The notes: generated by a model not told the origin, from the letters alone. Shown: positions 9,634-19,226, counted from the stretch's first letter. The stretch: 64,000 nt of DNA from Pyrinomonadaceae bacterium (GCA_051006195.1 JBPCIP010000069.1:5480-69479); one strand, 5' to 3'. Made by a program: numbers and translations.

Positions 9634-11028
9634 TCAGTCGGCCAGAGACGCACGCGCCGCCGCTAATGCTTCCGCGACCCGCGCGGGCGAGGTGCCGCCC
9701 GTCTGCGACTTCGTGGCGAGCGTGCTCTCCAGCGAGAGCGCGTCATAAACATCCGCTTCGATGAGCGGCGAAAACGTGTGCATCTCTGTGAGCGCGAGGT
9801 CGTGAAGTTCCGCACCGCGCTCGATGGCGTGGAGCACGATGCGTCCGACCGCCGCGTGCGCTTCGCGGAAGGGCACGCCTTTGCGCGCGAGGTAATCGGC
9901 GAGTTCGGTGGCGTTCATGTATCCGCGTGTGGCCGCGTCGCGCGCGTGCGCTTCGTGCAAGCGGATGTTACCGAGCACTGTCGCCGCTACTTCGAGCGAA
10001 GTCCGCACCGTGTCCGCCACGTCGAAGACCGCTTCCTTGTCCTCCTGCATGTCTTTGTTATAAGCCAGTGGCAAGCCTTTCATTAACGCGAAGAGCGACA
10101 TCGTGTGGCCGAAGACGCGCGCGGACTTGCCGCGCATGAGTTCGAGCGCGTCCGGGTTCTTCTTCTGCGGCATCAAACTCGACCCGGTGGAGATGGCGTC
10201 GTTCAACTCAAGAAAGCCGAACTCGGTCGTCGCGTAGATGATGATGTCCTCGGCGAGGCGCGACAGGTGAACCATGATGAGACTCGCCGCGCTCGCAAAT
10301 TCGATGCAGAAATCACGGTCGCTCACGGCATCAAGACTGTTGCGGGAAACATCTGTAAAACCGAGAGCGCGGGCAACTTCTTCACGGTTGACGGGGTAGC
10401 TCGTCCCGGCAAGGGCGGCGGAGCCGAGCGGAAGGACGTTCGTGCGTCGCCGCGCGTCGGCGAGTCGTGCCCGGTCGCGCGCGAGCATCTCGAAATAAGC
10501 GAGACACCAGTGCGCCCACAAGACGGGCTGCGCCCGTTGCAGATGCGTGTAGCCGGGCAGCACTGCCTCCGCGTGCGCTTCCGCCAGATCGAGCAACGCG
10601 CTTTGCGCCGCGCGAATTCGTGCTGCGATCAGATCGATTTCATCGCGCAACCAGAGCCGCAAGGCCGTCGCCACTTGATCGTTGCGGCTCCGGCCCGCAT
10701 GGAGTTTGCGCCCCGCTTCGCCGACGAGCGCGATGAGCCGCGCTTCGATGAACGAATGCACGTCCTCAGCATTCGCATCGTCGAAAAAGTCTGCCCCGCT
10801 CTCACTTTGCGCGAGCAGCGTTTCGAGCCCTTTCTTGATCGCTCGCGCTTCCGTCTCAGTCAAGGCTCCTGCTGCGCGCAAACTTTCCGCGTGCGCGGCG
10901 CTCGCCCTCACGTCCGCCGCGAACAGCCTCCGGTCGAAATTGAACGAGCGATTGTAAGCCGCAAACCCCGCTTCGGGTCGCCCCGTGAATCGCCCGCCCC
11001 ATAAATTGTTTTCGTCGCCCATGTTCAC
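9634..11028 (-). CDS. argH: Argininosuccinate lyase
   Basis: LWGGRFTG N-terminus and the fumarate-lyase signature TGSSLMPQKKNPDALE. Confidence 0.95.
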   Translation of the reverse strand: MNMGDENNLWGGRFTGRPEAGFAAYNRSFNFDRRLFAADVRASAAHAESLRAAGALTETEARAIKKGLETLLAQSESGADFFDDANAEDVHSFIEARLIALVGEAGRKLHAGRSRNDQVATALRLWLRDEIDLIAARIRAAQSALLDLAEAHAEAVLPGYTHLQRAQPVLWAHWCLAYFEMLARDRARLADARRRTNVLPLGSAALAGTSYPVNREEVARALGFTDVSRNSLDAVSDRDFCIEFASAASLIMVHLSRLAEDIIIYATTEFGFLELNDAISTGSSLMPQKKNPDALELMRGKSARVFGHTMSLFALMKGLPLAYNKDMQEDKEAVFDVADTVRTSLEVAATVLGNIRLHEAHARDAATRGYMNATELADYLARKGVPFREAHAAVGRIVLHAIERGAELHDLALTEMHTFSPLIEADVYDALSLESTLATKSQTGGTSPARVAEALAAARASLAD

Positions 11029-11129
11029 CTCGAAAATTGAAAAAAAATCGCTTTGCCCGCCCCCGTTCTAATGACACCAGTTCGCCTTGCCTCTCGCAAC
11101 CAAACTTTCGCTGGTCGTGCCCGCGCCAG

Positions 11130-11158
11130 TTGATTTGATGCAACCAGCGTGCTATTTT
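11130..11158 (+). promoter_or_regulatory. Candidate promoter of the argR-arg operon
   Basis: TTGATT (11130-11135), 17 nt, TATTTT (11153-11158). Pattern match only. Confidence 0.3.
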
Positions 11159-11196
11159 ATGCATCCATGCGAAAGTTATGCAAATTTTTCGCATAG
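11157..11196. promoter_or_regulatory. Candidate ArgR operator (ARG-box-like AT-rich imperfect palindromes)
   Basis: ttATGCATccATGCGAAAgttATGCAAAtttTTCGCATa. It includes the 17-bp imperfect palindrome ATGCAAATTTTTCGCAT, overlaps or follows the putative -10, and sits in the argH/argR divergent region. Confidence 0.35.
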
Positions 11197-11205
11197 AAAG
11201 TGAAA

Positions 11206-11622
11206 ATGGTTAAAGACGAACGACAGCACAAATTGTTGAATTTGATTCGCGCGAAGCCGGTCAGCACGCAGGGTGAATTGGCGGAGCGTCTGGAGCGAGC
11301 GGGTTTTGCCGCGACGCAGTCGAGCATCTCGCGCGATTTGGAAGAGCTGGGCGTAGTCAAACGGCGCGGGCGTTATGTCGTCCCGCAGGCGACAAACGGC
11401 GCGGCGCGGCGCGGGCTGGTGAGTTTGGACACGGCGGGCGACGCGCTCGTGGTCGCGCGGTGCGAGCCGGGGATGGCGTCGGCGGTGGCGGTGGAGATCG
11501 ACCGCGCCCCCATCGACGAAATCGTCGGGACGCTCGCGGGCGAAGACACCATTTTTATCGCCGTGACGGAGCGCAGGGCACAACGCGCGGCGATCAAAAA
11601 AATCTGGGACATATTTTCCTAA
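11206..11622 (+). CDS. argR: Arginine repressor
   Basis: [44 protein letters not shown] (winged-helix ArgR N-domain) plus the C-terminal oligomerisation domain ([11 protein letters not shown]). A GTG at 11200 is an alternative start. Confidence 0.9.
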   Translation: MVKDERQHKLLNLIRAKPVSTQGELAERLERAGFAATQSSISRDLEELGVVKRRGRYVVPQATNGAARRGLVSLDTAGDALVVARCEPGMASAVAVEIDRAPIDEIVGTLAGEDTIFIAVTERRAQRAAIKKIWDIFS

Positions 11623-11638
11623 GCGAGAGCGAAGCGAG

Positions 11639-12844
11639 ATGAAGCAGATCAAGAAAATCGTGTTGGCCTATTCGGGCGGTCTGGATACGTCCGTGATGTT
11701 GCGCTGGCTCAAAGAGCGATATGGCTGTGAGGTCGTCTGCTACTGCGCCGATGTCGGGCAGGGCGAAGAACTCGACGGGTTGGACGAGAAGGCGCGCGCG
11801 ACGGGCGCATCGAAACTCTACGTCGAAGATTTGCGCGAAGCGTTTGTCACAGACTACGTGTGGGCGGCGGTGAAAGCCAACGCGGTTTATGAGGGCGTCT
11901 ATCTGCTCGGCACGTCGCTGGCTCGCCCCATCATCGCGCAGCGGCAGATCGAGATCGCGCGCCGGGAAGGCGCGGACGCGGTGGCGCACGGCGCAACGGG
12001 CAAGGGCAACGATCAAGTGCGTTTCGAGTTGACTTATTACGCGCTGGAGCCGGACATCAAAGTCGTCGCCCCGTGGCGCGAGTGGGAGTTCAAAGGCCGG
12101 AGCGACCTCATCGCCTATGCGGAGCAACATCAAATTCCCGTAACAGCGACGCACGCCAAACCTTATTCGACCGACCGCAACTTGATGCATGTCTCCTATG
12201 AAGGCGGCATCCTCGAAGACCCGTGGGCCGAGCCGCCCCCGGACATTTTCCAGATGACGAGTGCGCCGGAAAATGCCCGCGACGCAGCCGAGTACGTTGT
12301 CGTCGGGTTTGAACAGGGCGTGCCGGTGAGCGTGGGCGGCGAGCGGATGGGCGCGGTCGCGCTGCTCGAAAAGCTGAACGCGACGGGCGGCGCGCACGGC
12401 ATCGGTCGCGTCGATCTGGTGGAAAATCGTTTTGTCGGGATGAAGTCGCGCGGCGTGTACGAGACGCCGGGCGTGACGATCCTGCAAGCGGCGCATCGCG
12501 CGCTCGAATCGATCACGATGGATCGGGAAGTGCTGCGTTTGCGCGATTCGTTGAGTTTGAAGTTTGCGGAGAGCGTCTACTACGGCTTCTGGTTTGCGCC
12601 GGAGACGGAATTGATGCGACGCATGATCGACGAGACACAGCGGGATGTGACGGGCGAAGTGCGCCTCAAACTTTATCGCGGGAACGCCACAGTTGTCGGA
12701 CGCCGCGCTCCGCGCTCGCTCTACAACGAACGGCTCGCGACTTTTGAGGCCGACACCGTCTACAACCAGCGCGACGCCGAAGGCTTTATCAAATTGAACG
12801 CATTGCGGCTGCGCTCGCTGGCGCAAGTCGGACGGCAAAGGTGA
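11639..12844 (+). CDS. argG: Argininosuccinate synthase
   Basis: [11 protein letters not shown] signature, 401 aa. Confidence 0.95.
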   Translation: MKQIKKIVLAYSGGLDTSVMLRWLKERYGCEVVCYCADVGQGEELDGLDEKARATGASKLYVEDLREAFVTDYVWAAVKANAVYEGVYLLGTSLARPIIAQRQIEIARREGADAVAHGATGKGNDQVRFELTYYALEPDIKVVAPWREWEFKGRSDLIAYAEQHQIPVTATHAKPYSTDRNLMHVSYEGGILEDPWAEPPPDIFQMTSAPENARDAAEYVVVGFEQGVPVSVGGERMGAVALLEKLNATGGAHGIGRVDLVENRFVGMKSRGVYETPGVTILQAAHRALESITMDREVLRLRDSLSLKFAESVYYGFWFAPETELMRRMIDETQRDVTGEVRLKLYRGNATVVGRRAPRSLYNERLATFEADTVYNQRDAEGFIKLNALRLRSLAQVGRQR

Positions 12845-12969
12845 GCCGTCTGTTTACCCAACAGCGGATGAGAAGGTCGGTACGCGGCAACCGTCGGGCG
12901 TCTGAAATCTGATCTCAGATGCGAAATGTCGGATGAATAAGTTTCGGGAGCAGAAGAGGAGCTTGGTCA

Positions 12970-14097
12970 ATGTCGAACATCGCGGAGAAGATCGAAGGCA
13001 GGCAGTTGAAGGTGGTCGAGGCGGACAAAGTCGGCTCGGCGACTTCGCCGCTCAACTTGGCGAAGACGCTGGCGGTGATTGGTGCGTCGGACAAACCGCG
13101 CGCGGGCGATGTGGTGGTGGTGCGGGCGCTGAGCGATAGCGCGACGTATAACCAGTTGGAACTGGCGACGGGGCGGCTAGCGAAGATCAATCCGGGCGAT
13201 GTGCTCGTCGGTGTGCTCGGCAGCCGCCGCGCGTTGAAAGGCTTCGTCGGCGACGTGCCCGCGAGCATCGAAGCGGGCGACGAATTGCACCTGTTGAACA
13301 TGGGCGGCGTCATCGGACATTGCACGGGACATCATTCGAGTTTGAGCGATGCGATTCGCGTCGAAGTTGTCGGCCTCGTCTGTGATGCAGAGGCGCGGGT
13401 GCGAAACATCGCGGACGCCGCGTTGCCGCCCCGCGAAAGTTTGGGCGCGAGCGCGCCGCTCGTCCTCATCGCGGGCGCGTGCATGAACAGCGGGAAGACT
13501 TTTGCTGCGACGGAATTGATCCGGCAGGCGACGCGCACCGGCATGAAGGTGGCGGCGGGGAAACTGTCGGGCGTCGCGTGTCTGCGAGACACTTTGAACA
13601 TGGCCGATCACGGTGCGGTGGCGACGGCGAGTTTTCTCGATTGCGGCTTGCCTTCGACCGTCGGCATAGGCGATCTCGCGCCCGTGGCGAAAGCCATCAT
13701 CGCCAAATTGAACGAGAGCGCGCCCGACCTGATCGTGATCGAACTCGGCGACGGCATCCTCGGCGGCTACTCGGTCGAATCCGTCTTCGCGGATGTAGAG
13801 TTGCGCGCGGCGATGGCCGCGCTCATCTACTGCGCATCGGACTACGTCGGCGCGTGGGGCGGCATCGAGTTGTTTCGGCGGCGCGGCTTGACCGTTGATC
13901 TCGTCGCGGGTTCGGTGACGGATTCACAGATGGGCGAAGACTACATCACCGAGGAGTTTGGCGTCGCGGCGGGTAATGCACGCAGGGACGGGACGCGCCT
14001 GTTCGAGATCGTGCGAGAGAAAATTTCAAGTTTCAGGTCTCAAGTTTCAGGTTCGCCGAGCGCGCATGTGCTTGAGCCTGTTTTGATCGAAACCTGA
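12970..14097 (+). CDS. Uncharacterised P-loop protein (BioD/CobQ/DUF1611-like Walker A) embedded in the arginine operon
   Basis: 375-aa ORF with coding-like GC3. The N-terminal ~150 aa look beta-rich. LVLIAGACMNSGKTFAATEL (aa 164-183, nt ~13459-13518) has the G-x5-GKT form seen in BioD/CobQ/Pta-N/DUF1611 folds. DLIVIELGDG is a possible Walker B. Function unknown. Confidence 0.6.
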   Translation: MSNIAEKIEGRQLKVVEADKVGSATSPLNLAKTLAVIGASDKPRAGDVVVVRALSDSATYNQLELATGRLAKINPGDVLVGVLGSRRALKGFVGDVPASIEAGDELHLLNMGGVIGHCTGHHSSLSDAIRVEVVGLVCDAEARVRNIADAALPPRESLGASAPLVLIAGACMNSGKTFAATELIRQATRTGMKVAAGKLSGVACLRDTLNMADHGAVATASFLDCGLPSTVGIGDLAPVAKAIIAKLNESAPDLIVIELGDGILGGYSVESVFADVELRAAMAALIYCASDYVGAWGGIELFRRRGLTVDLVAGSVTDSQMGEDYITEEFGVAAGNARRDGTRLFEIVREKISSFRSQVSGSPSAHVLEPVLIET

Positions 14098-14160
14098 ATC
14101 TTGCTGATAAAGTCGAAAATCCTGAACCTTCAAACATGAACCTTCAAACATGAAACTCAA
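14027..14160. repeat. Short-period tandem/inverted repeat tract spanning the X/argC junction
   Basis: caagtttcaggtct + caagtttcaggtt (14027-14053); the inverted copy aacctgaatcttg (14091-14103); then gaaccttcaaacat x2 + gaaactcaaaat (14125-14160), which runs into the argC start. Confidence 0.7.
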
Positions 14161-15181
14161 AATCGGCATCTTCGGCGGGTCGGGGTATGGCGGCGCGGAA
14201 CTGCTGCGCATCCTGCTGGCACGCGCCGATGTGGAAGTCTCGTTCGTGACGGCGAATGAGCATGCGGGCAAGTTGGTCGGCGAAGTGCATCGCAACCTTC
14301 ACGGCTTGACGGGACTGCGTTTCATCGCTGCGCCGGAAGAATTGGAGAGGCTCGCTGAACTCGACTGCGTATTTCTGGCGTTGCCGCACGGGCAGGCTTT
14401 GGAGATCGCGCCGCGCGTGCCCGCGAGCGTGAAGGTGGTTGACCTGTCGGGCGATTTTCGTCTGCGCGATGCGCGGGAGTTTAGAGAGTATTACGGGCGC
14501 GAGCACACGGCGACACAGTTGCAGCGCGAGTTCGTCTACGGGTTGACGGAGACGAACCGGGAGGCGATCAAGCGGGCGCGGCTCGTCAGCAATCCCGGTT
14601 GTTTCGCCACGGCGACGCTGCTCGGCCTCGCGCCGCTCGTCGCGCGTGCTCAGTTGAACGGCGGGCGCGTGGTCGTGGATGCGAAGACGGGTTCTTCCGG
14701 GTCGGGCGCGAAGCCGGCGGCCAACACGCACCACCCGCAACGCTCGAACTCTTTCTACGCCTACAAGCCTTTCACGCATCAACATGTGCCGGAGATCGAA
14801 CAGGAGTTGCGGCAGGTGGGCGACTGGGTGAGCGAACTGGTGTTCATGACGCATTCGCTGCCCGTGGCGCGCGGCATCTTCGCTTCCATCTACATCGAGA
14901 CGAAAGATGAATTGACGACCGTGCAGGCGCGCGACCTCTTCACGGAGTTTTACTGCGAGAGTTTCTTCATCCGCATCGTTGAAGGTTCGCCGGACATCAA
15001 CTGGGTCAAGACGACCAACTTTTGCGACCTCGGTTTCGCCGCGCGCGGGCGGCAACTGGTCGTCTTCTCGGCGCTGGATAATCTCGTTAAAGGCGCAGCG
15101 GGACAGGCCGTGCAGAACATGAATCTGATGTTTGGGTTGGACGAGCGGACGGGGCTGATGCTGTACGGCAGCAATCCATAA
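14150..15181 (+). CDS. argC: N-acetyl-gamma-glutamyl-phosphate reductase
   Basis: KIGIFGGSGYGGAELLR N-terminus and the active-site SNPGCFATA motif. Confidence 0.95.
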   Translation: MKLKIGIFGGSGYGGAELLRILLARADVEVSFVTANEHAGKLVGEVHRNLHGLTGLRFIAAPEELERLAELDCVFLALPHGQALEIAPRVPASVKVVDLSGDFRLRDAREFREYYGREHTATQLQREFVYGLTETNREAIKRARLVSNPGCFATATLLGLAPLVARAQLNGGRVVVDAKTGSSGSGAKPAANTHHPQRSNSFYAYKPFTHQHVPEIEQELRQVGDWVSELVFMTHSLPVARGIFASIYIETKDELTTVQARDLFTEFYCESFFIRIVEGSPDINWVKTTNFCDLGFAARGRQLVVFSALDNLVKGAAGQAVQNMNLMFGLDERTGLMLYGSNP

Positions 15182-15185
15182 AACA

Positions 15186-15220
15186 GTGATGGATGACGGG
15201 TGATAAGTGACGAGATCAGA
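15186..15220. repeat. Tandem heptamer tract (5 units, GTGAnnn type) between argC and argD
   Basis: gtgatgg atgacgg gtgataa gtgacga gatcaga. TGA recurs every 7 nt, so all three frames are closed. No inverted partner was seen. Confidence 0.7.
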
Positions 15221-15273
15221 AATTGTTGACGCTGCTCGCAGGTCATGCCCGGGAGATCAAGATTGAAGATAAA

Positions 15274-16461
15274 ATGACAAAGGCAATGACAACTTTCGAC
15301 GACATCGCCGCGCGCGAGGATGAATTTCAACTGGCGACATACAGGAAGATGCGTCTGGCGGCGGCACGCGGGCGGGGCGCGTGGATCGAAACGCAGGGGG
15401 GCGAGCGTTATCTGGACCTCTACGGTGGGCACGCCGTGGCGGCGACGGGGCATTGCCACCCGCACGTCGTCGAAGCGATCCGGGCGCAGGCCGGAGAGTT
15501 GTTGTTCTACTCGAACCTCGTTTATTCCGAGGTGCGCGCCAGCGCGGCTGAGCGGTTGGTGAACTGCGCGCCGGAAGGCATCGCCAAAGTTTTCTTCTGC
15601 AATTCGGGGACGGAGGCGAACGAGAACGCGATGCGGATGGCGCGGATGGCGACCGGGCGCGAGGGCGTCATCACGTTCACAGGGAGCTTTCACGGGCGCA
15701 CGGCGGACTCCATCAGCGCGACGTTTCTGGGCAAGTACCGCGACCTCGGACGACCGAACGTGCCCGGCCATGTGTGCGCGGAATTCGGTTCGATGGCCTT
15801 GGTCGCCGCGCTCGCCGACCACACCATCGCCGCCGTGATGCTTGAGCCGATTCAATCGATGGCGGGCGTGAGGCAGGCTCCGCCGGAATTTTATCTCGCG
15901 TTGCGCGAGTTGTGCGACGAGCGCGGGATGCTTTTGATCTATGACGAGGTGCAGACTGGACCGGGGCGCACGGGCGAATGGTTCTTCGCGGGCGGCGCAG
16001 CGGGCGGCGGGGCGGTGCCGGACATCATCACGCTGGCGAAGGCTCTGGGGAGCGGCGTGCCCGTCGGCGCGTGCCTGACGAATGCTGCCGTCGCATCGCG
16101 CATCAAAGAGAACGACCTCGGCACGACCTTCGGCGGCGGGATGCTGGCGATGGCGGCGGTGGGCGCGACGCTTGAAGCGATGGAAAGCGATGGGATGTTA
16201 GAGAACGCGCGCGACATCGAGCGACACTTGCGCGAGTCTCTCAAGAACCTGCCGCAAGTGGCGCGGGTGCGCGGCGCGGGGTTGTTGCTCGGCATCGAAT
16301 TTACGGATGAGATCGCCGCGAAGGTTCATCAGGCGTTGCTCGAAGAGCACATCATCACGGGCACTTCGAGCGACGCCCGCGTGCTGCGACTATTGCCCCC
16401 GCTCTGTGTGCGGCAGGAGGAAATTGACCTGTTTGTTGACGCGCTCGGACGCGTGTTGTAG
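15274..16461 (+). CDS. argD: Acetylornithine (or succinylornithine) aminotransferase, class III
   Basis: LIYDEVQTGPGRTG and ITLAKALGSG (PLP lysine). Start taken at MTKAMTTFDD. Confidence 0.9.
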   Translation: MTKAMTTFDDIAAREDEFQLATYRKMRLAAARGRGAWIETQGGERYLDLYGGHAVAATGHCHPHVVEAIRAQAGELLFYSNLVYSEVRASAAERLVNCAPEGIAKVFFCNSGTEANENAMRMARMATGREGVITFTGSFHGRTADSISATFLGKYRDLGRPNVPGHVCAEFGSMALVAALADHTIAAVMLEPIQSMAGVRQAPPEFYLALRELCDERGMLLIYDEVQTGPGRTGEWFFAGGAAGGGAVPDIITLAKALGSGVPVGACLTNAAVASRIKENDLGTTFGGGMLAMAAVGATLEAMESDGMLENARDIERHLRESLKNLPQVARVRGAGLLLGIEFTDEIAAKVHQALLEEHIITGTSSDARVLRLLPPLCVRQEEIDLFVDALGRVL

Positions 16462-16486
16462 TTCTCCCCGGCCATTTTGAACTCAG

Positions 16487-16981
16487 GTGAAACATATGGC
16501 CTTCACTGTGCGCCGGGCGAGGCGCGAGGATAATGAAGCCATCGGACGAATGCATGTGGCATCCATCAGAGAGCTGTGCCGCGAGCATTACAGCCCCGAT
16601 CAGATCGAAGCCTGGGCCGCGCCGCGTCAGGCTGAATTTTACGTTGAAGCGATTGAGCGCAAAGAGTTCTATGTCGCGGAAGACGACGAGGGCATCATCG
16701 GCTTCGGGATATTGAATCAAACGGGTGGCGAGGTCGAAGCCGTTTATGTTCATCCGCAGGCAGCGCAGCGCGGCGTGGGGCTGGAACTATTAAACATGTT
16801 GGAAGGGTGTGCGCGCGAATTGGGCTTGAGGTCGTTGCGGCTGTGCGCCTCTCTGAATGCCGTGCCGTTTTACGAGCGCGCGGATTACGTCCGGCAGCAG
16901 GATACGTCGCACCGACTGGCGAGCGGAGTTGAGATACCGTGCGTCTTGATGTTGAAGGAACTGGAGAGAAGCGCGGACTGA
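16487..16981 (+). CDS. GNAT family N-acetyltransferase (candidate short N-acylglutamate synthase by context)
   Basis: 164 aa with the acetyl-CoA motif VHPQAAQRGVGLELL. The role is inferred only from its position between argD and argF'. Confidence 0.7.
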   Translation: MKHMAFTVRRARREDNEAIGRMHVASIRELCREHYSPDQIEAWAAPRQAEFYVEAIERKEFYVAEDDEGIIGFGILNQTGGEVEAVYVHPQAAQRGVGLELLNMLEGCARELGLRSLRLCASLNAVPFYERADYVRQQDTSHRLASGVEIPCVLMLKELERSAD

Positions 16982-16989
16982 ACAGTAAC

Positions 16990-18018
16990 ATGAAGGCTAT
17001 GCCGAAAAATTTCCTGACAACTGCCGATTGGACACGCGACGAGCTAGAGCGTTTGCTCGAAGCGGCGGCGCGGTTCAAGCGCGGCGAAGATTCATCGAAG
17101 CCACTCGCGGGTAAGTCCGTCGCGCTGGTCTTTTTTAACCCTTCTTTACGCACGCGCGCTTCGATGCAGGTCGGGATTTATGAACTCGGCGGCAATCCGG
17201 TCGTGCTCGAACCGGGTGGGACGAGCTGGACGCTCGAACACCGCGACGGCATCGTGATGGACGGCGACAAGACGGAGCACGTCGCGGAATTTGTGCGCGT
17301 GCTCGGTCGGTATTGCGCGGCGATTGGCGTGCGCACCTTCGCGGCGTTGCAGAATTGGAAAGAGGAGCGGCGCGATCCGGTGCTCGCGGCATTCGCGCGC
17401 CACAGCGAAGTGCCGGTCATCAATCTCGAATCGGCGATGCACCACCCGTGTCAGGCGCTCGCGGACATGTTGACCATCAGGGAGAAACTCGGCGCGGGGC
17501 CGAAGCGCGTCCTCCTCACCTGGGCGTGGCATCCGAAGGCTTTGCCGATGGCCGTGCCGAACAGTTTCGCGCTCGCGGCGGTGCAGTTGGGGCACGAGTT
17601 GACCATCGCGCACCCGCCCGGCTACGAACTCGACGACGAGCTGATCGGGCAACTCAACGAGCGGGCGTTTGACGCGGGCACAAGCGTCAACGTCACAAAC
17701 GACGTGGAAGCGGCCTTCGACGGCGCACAAGTGGTCTACGCGAAGAGTTGGGGCAGCAAGATGTTCTACGGCTCGCCCGAAGATGACATCGAGACGCGCA
17801 CCGAGTATCGCCGCGATTGGATCGTGGACGCGGCGAAGATGCAACGCACCGGCGGCGGCATCTTCATGCACTGTCTCCCCGTGCGCCGCAACGTGATCGT
17901 GACGGACGACGTGATCGATTCCGCCGCGTCGGTGGTGATCGATGAAGCCGAGAACCGTTTGCATGTGCAGAAAGCTGTTTTGGCGAATGCGGATTTCGGA
18001 TTGCGGAATGCGGATTGA
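16990..18018 (+). CDS. argF': N-acyl-L-ornithine (acetyl/succinyl) carbamoyltransferase, ArgF'-type
   Basis: FFNPSLRTRAS, HHPCQALAD, VYAKSWGS (in place of the DxWxSMG of classical OTC) and FMHCLPVRRN match the AOTCase/SOTCase subfamily. Acyl specificity was not determined. Confidence 0.8.
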   Translation: MKAMPKNFLTTADWTRDELERLLEAAARFKRGEDSSKPLAGKSVALVFFNPSLRTRASMQVGIYELGGNPVVLEPGGTSWTLEHRDGIVMDGDKTEHVAEFVRVLGRYCAAIGVRTFAALQNWKEERRDPVLAAFARHSEVPVINLESAMHHPCQALADMLTIREKLGAGPKRVLLTWAWHPKALPMAVPNSFALAAVQLGHELTIAHPPGYELDDELIGQLNERAFDAGTSVNVTNDVEAAFDGAQVVYAKSWGSKMFYGSPEDDIETRTEYRRDWIVDAAKMQRTGGGIFMHCLPVRRNVIVTDDVIDSAASVVIDEAENRLHVQKAVLANADFGLRNAD

Positions 18019-18069
18019 AGAAATTCAATTTGTTTTTAATCCGCATTCTGCAATCCGAAATCCGCAATT
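17986..18069. repeat. 31-bp-stem palindrome built of heptamers (GCGGATT type) at the argF'/argB junction
   Basis: aatgcggatttcggattgcggaatgcggatt (17986-18016) pairs with aatccgcattctgcaatccgaaatccgcaatt (18038-18069), 2-3 mismatches. The left arm encodes the argF' C-terminus (ANADFGLRNAD*). Confidence 0.85.
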
Positions 18070-18078
18070 GGAGGAGCG

Positions 18079-18966
18079 ATGAGCCAGCCGCGACTTGATC
18101 TGTTGCGCGAAGCCTTGCCGTACATTCAGCGGTTCAAAGGCAAAACTTTCGTCGTCAAAATCTCCGGCAAGCTGACGGAGGATCACGAGAATCTGCGTTC
18201 GCTCTGTGAAGAATTGGCACTGATGCATCAGGTCGGCATTCGTCTGTGCGTCGTACACGGGGGCGGCAAGCAGTTAACGGAACTCGCGGAGCAGATGGGC
18301 GTCGAGCAGACGATCATCAATGGCCGGCGCGTGACGAACGATGCGACGCTCGATATGGCGAAAATGATCTTCGCCGGAAAAATCAACATCGACATTCTGG
18401 CCGCGTTGCGCAATCACGGCGTGGATGCCGTCGGCTTGTCGGGCATCGACGGAAACATCGTGCATGCCGAACGCCGCCCGCCGAAAGATTTAATCAATCA
18501 GGAGACCGGCGCACAAGAGCGAGTCGATTTCGGGCACGTCGGCGATGTGTTGGAAATCGACGATCGGCTGTTGCGGGTGCTGCTCGATCACGAGTATCTG
18601 CCGGTCGTCTCACCGCTCGGTGCGGACGCCGCAGGCCGCGTCTACAACATTAACGCCGACACCATCGCCGCCGAGATCGCCGTGCGTCTGGAGGCGGAGA
18701 AATTGATTTTGCTGAGCGACGTGGATGGGTTGTACCTGCGTCCCGGCGAATCCGCGACGAAACTCTCGCGCCTCACCGTTGACGAAGTGACGAAACTTCT
18801 CAGCGACGGCGTCGCCACCGGGGGCATGATCCCGAAACTGCAAAACATCACCGAACTGCTTCATCGCGGCGTCCGCAGCGCGCATATCATCAAAGGTAGT
18901 TTGCGCAACACTTTGCTCTCCGAAGTCTTCACCGACGAAGGCACGGGCACGATGATCGTCGCGTAA
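18079..18966 (+). CDS. argB: Acetylglutamate kinase
   Basis: VVKISGK, VVHGGG and GGMIPK motifs, 295 aa. Confidence 0.95.
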   Translation: MSQPRLDLLREALPYIQRFKGKTFVVKISGKLTEDHENLRSLCEELALMHQVGIRLCVVHGGGKQLTELAEQMGVEQTIINGRRVTNDATLDMAKMIFAGKINIDILAALRNHGVDAVGLSGIDGNIVHAERRPPKDLINQETGAQERVDFGHVGDVLEIDDRLLRVLLDHEYLPVVSPLGADAAGRVYNINADTIAAEIAVRLEAEKLILLSDVDGLYLRPGESATKLSRLTVDEVTKLLSDGVATGGMIPKLQNITELLHRGVRSAHIIKGSLRNTLLSEVFTDEGTGTMIVA

Positions 18967-19001
18967 AAAAGTGGAGAGCAGCAGGGGCGAAGGGCGACAG
19001 T

Positions 19002-19226
19002 TGCGGCGTCTCCGTCCTCAACTCGACGGGTGCGGAGATCGCGCGTTTCGGCAATGCGCCCGGCAGCCTCATCTCCCCGTTCAACTCACCGGCCAACGCC
19101 GCCTTCGATAAGCACGGCTCGCTCCTCGTGACGAATCACACTTTCGTGTTTCCCGGAAACGAGAGCGTCCTCAGCGTGTTCGTTGACGACAAAGAGTCGC
19201 CGCTCGTGAAACCGTCGCTTCCCTGA
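19002..19226 (+). pseudogene. Orphan 3' fragment of a beta-propeller (SMP-30/gluconolactonase/NHL-like) gene
   Basis: An open frame with no start codon reads ...GVSVLNSTGAEIARFGNAPGSLISPFNSPANAAFDKHGSLLVTNHTFVFPGNESVLSVFVDDKESPLVKPSLP*. It resembles the last blade of such proteins. Confidence 0.35.
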
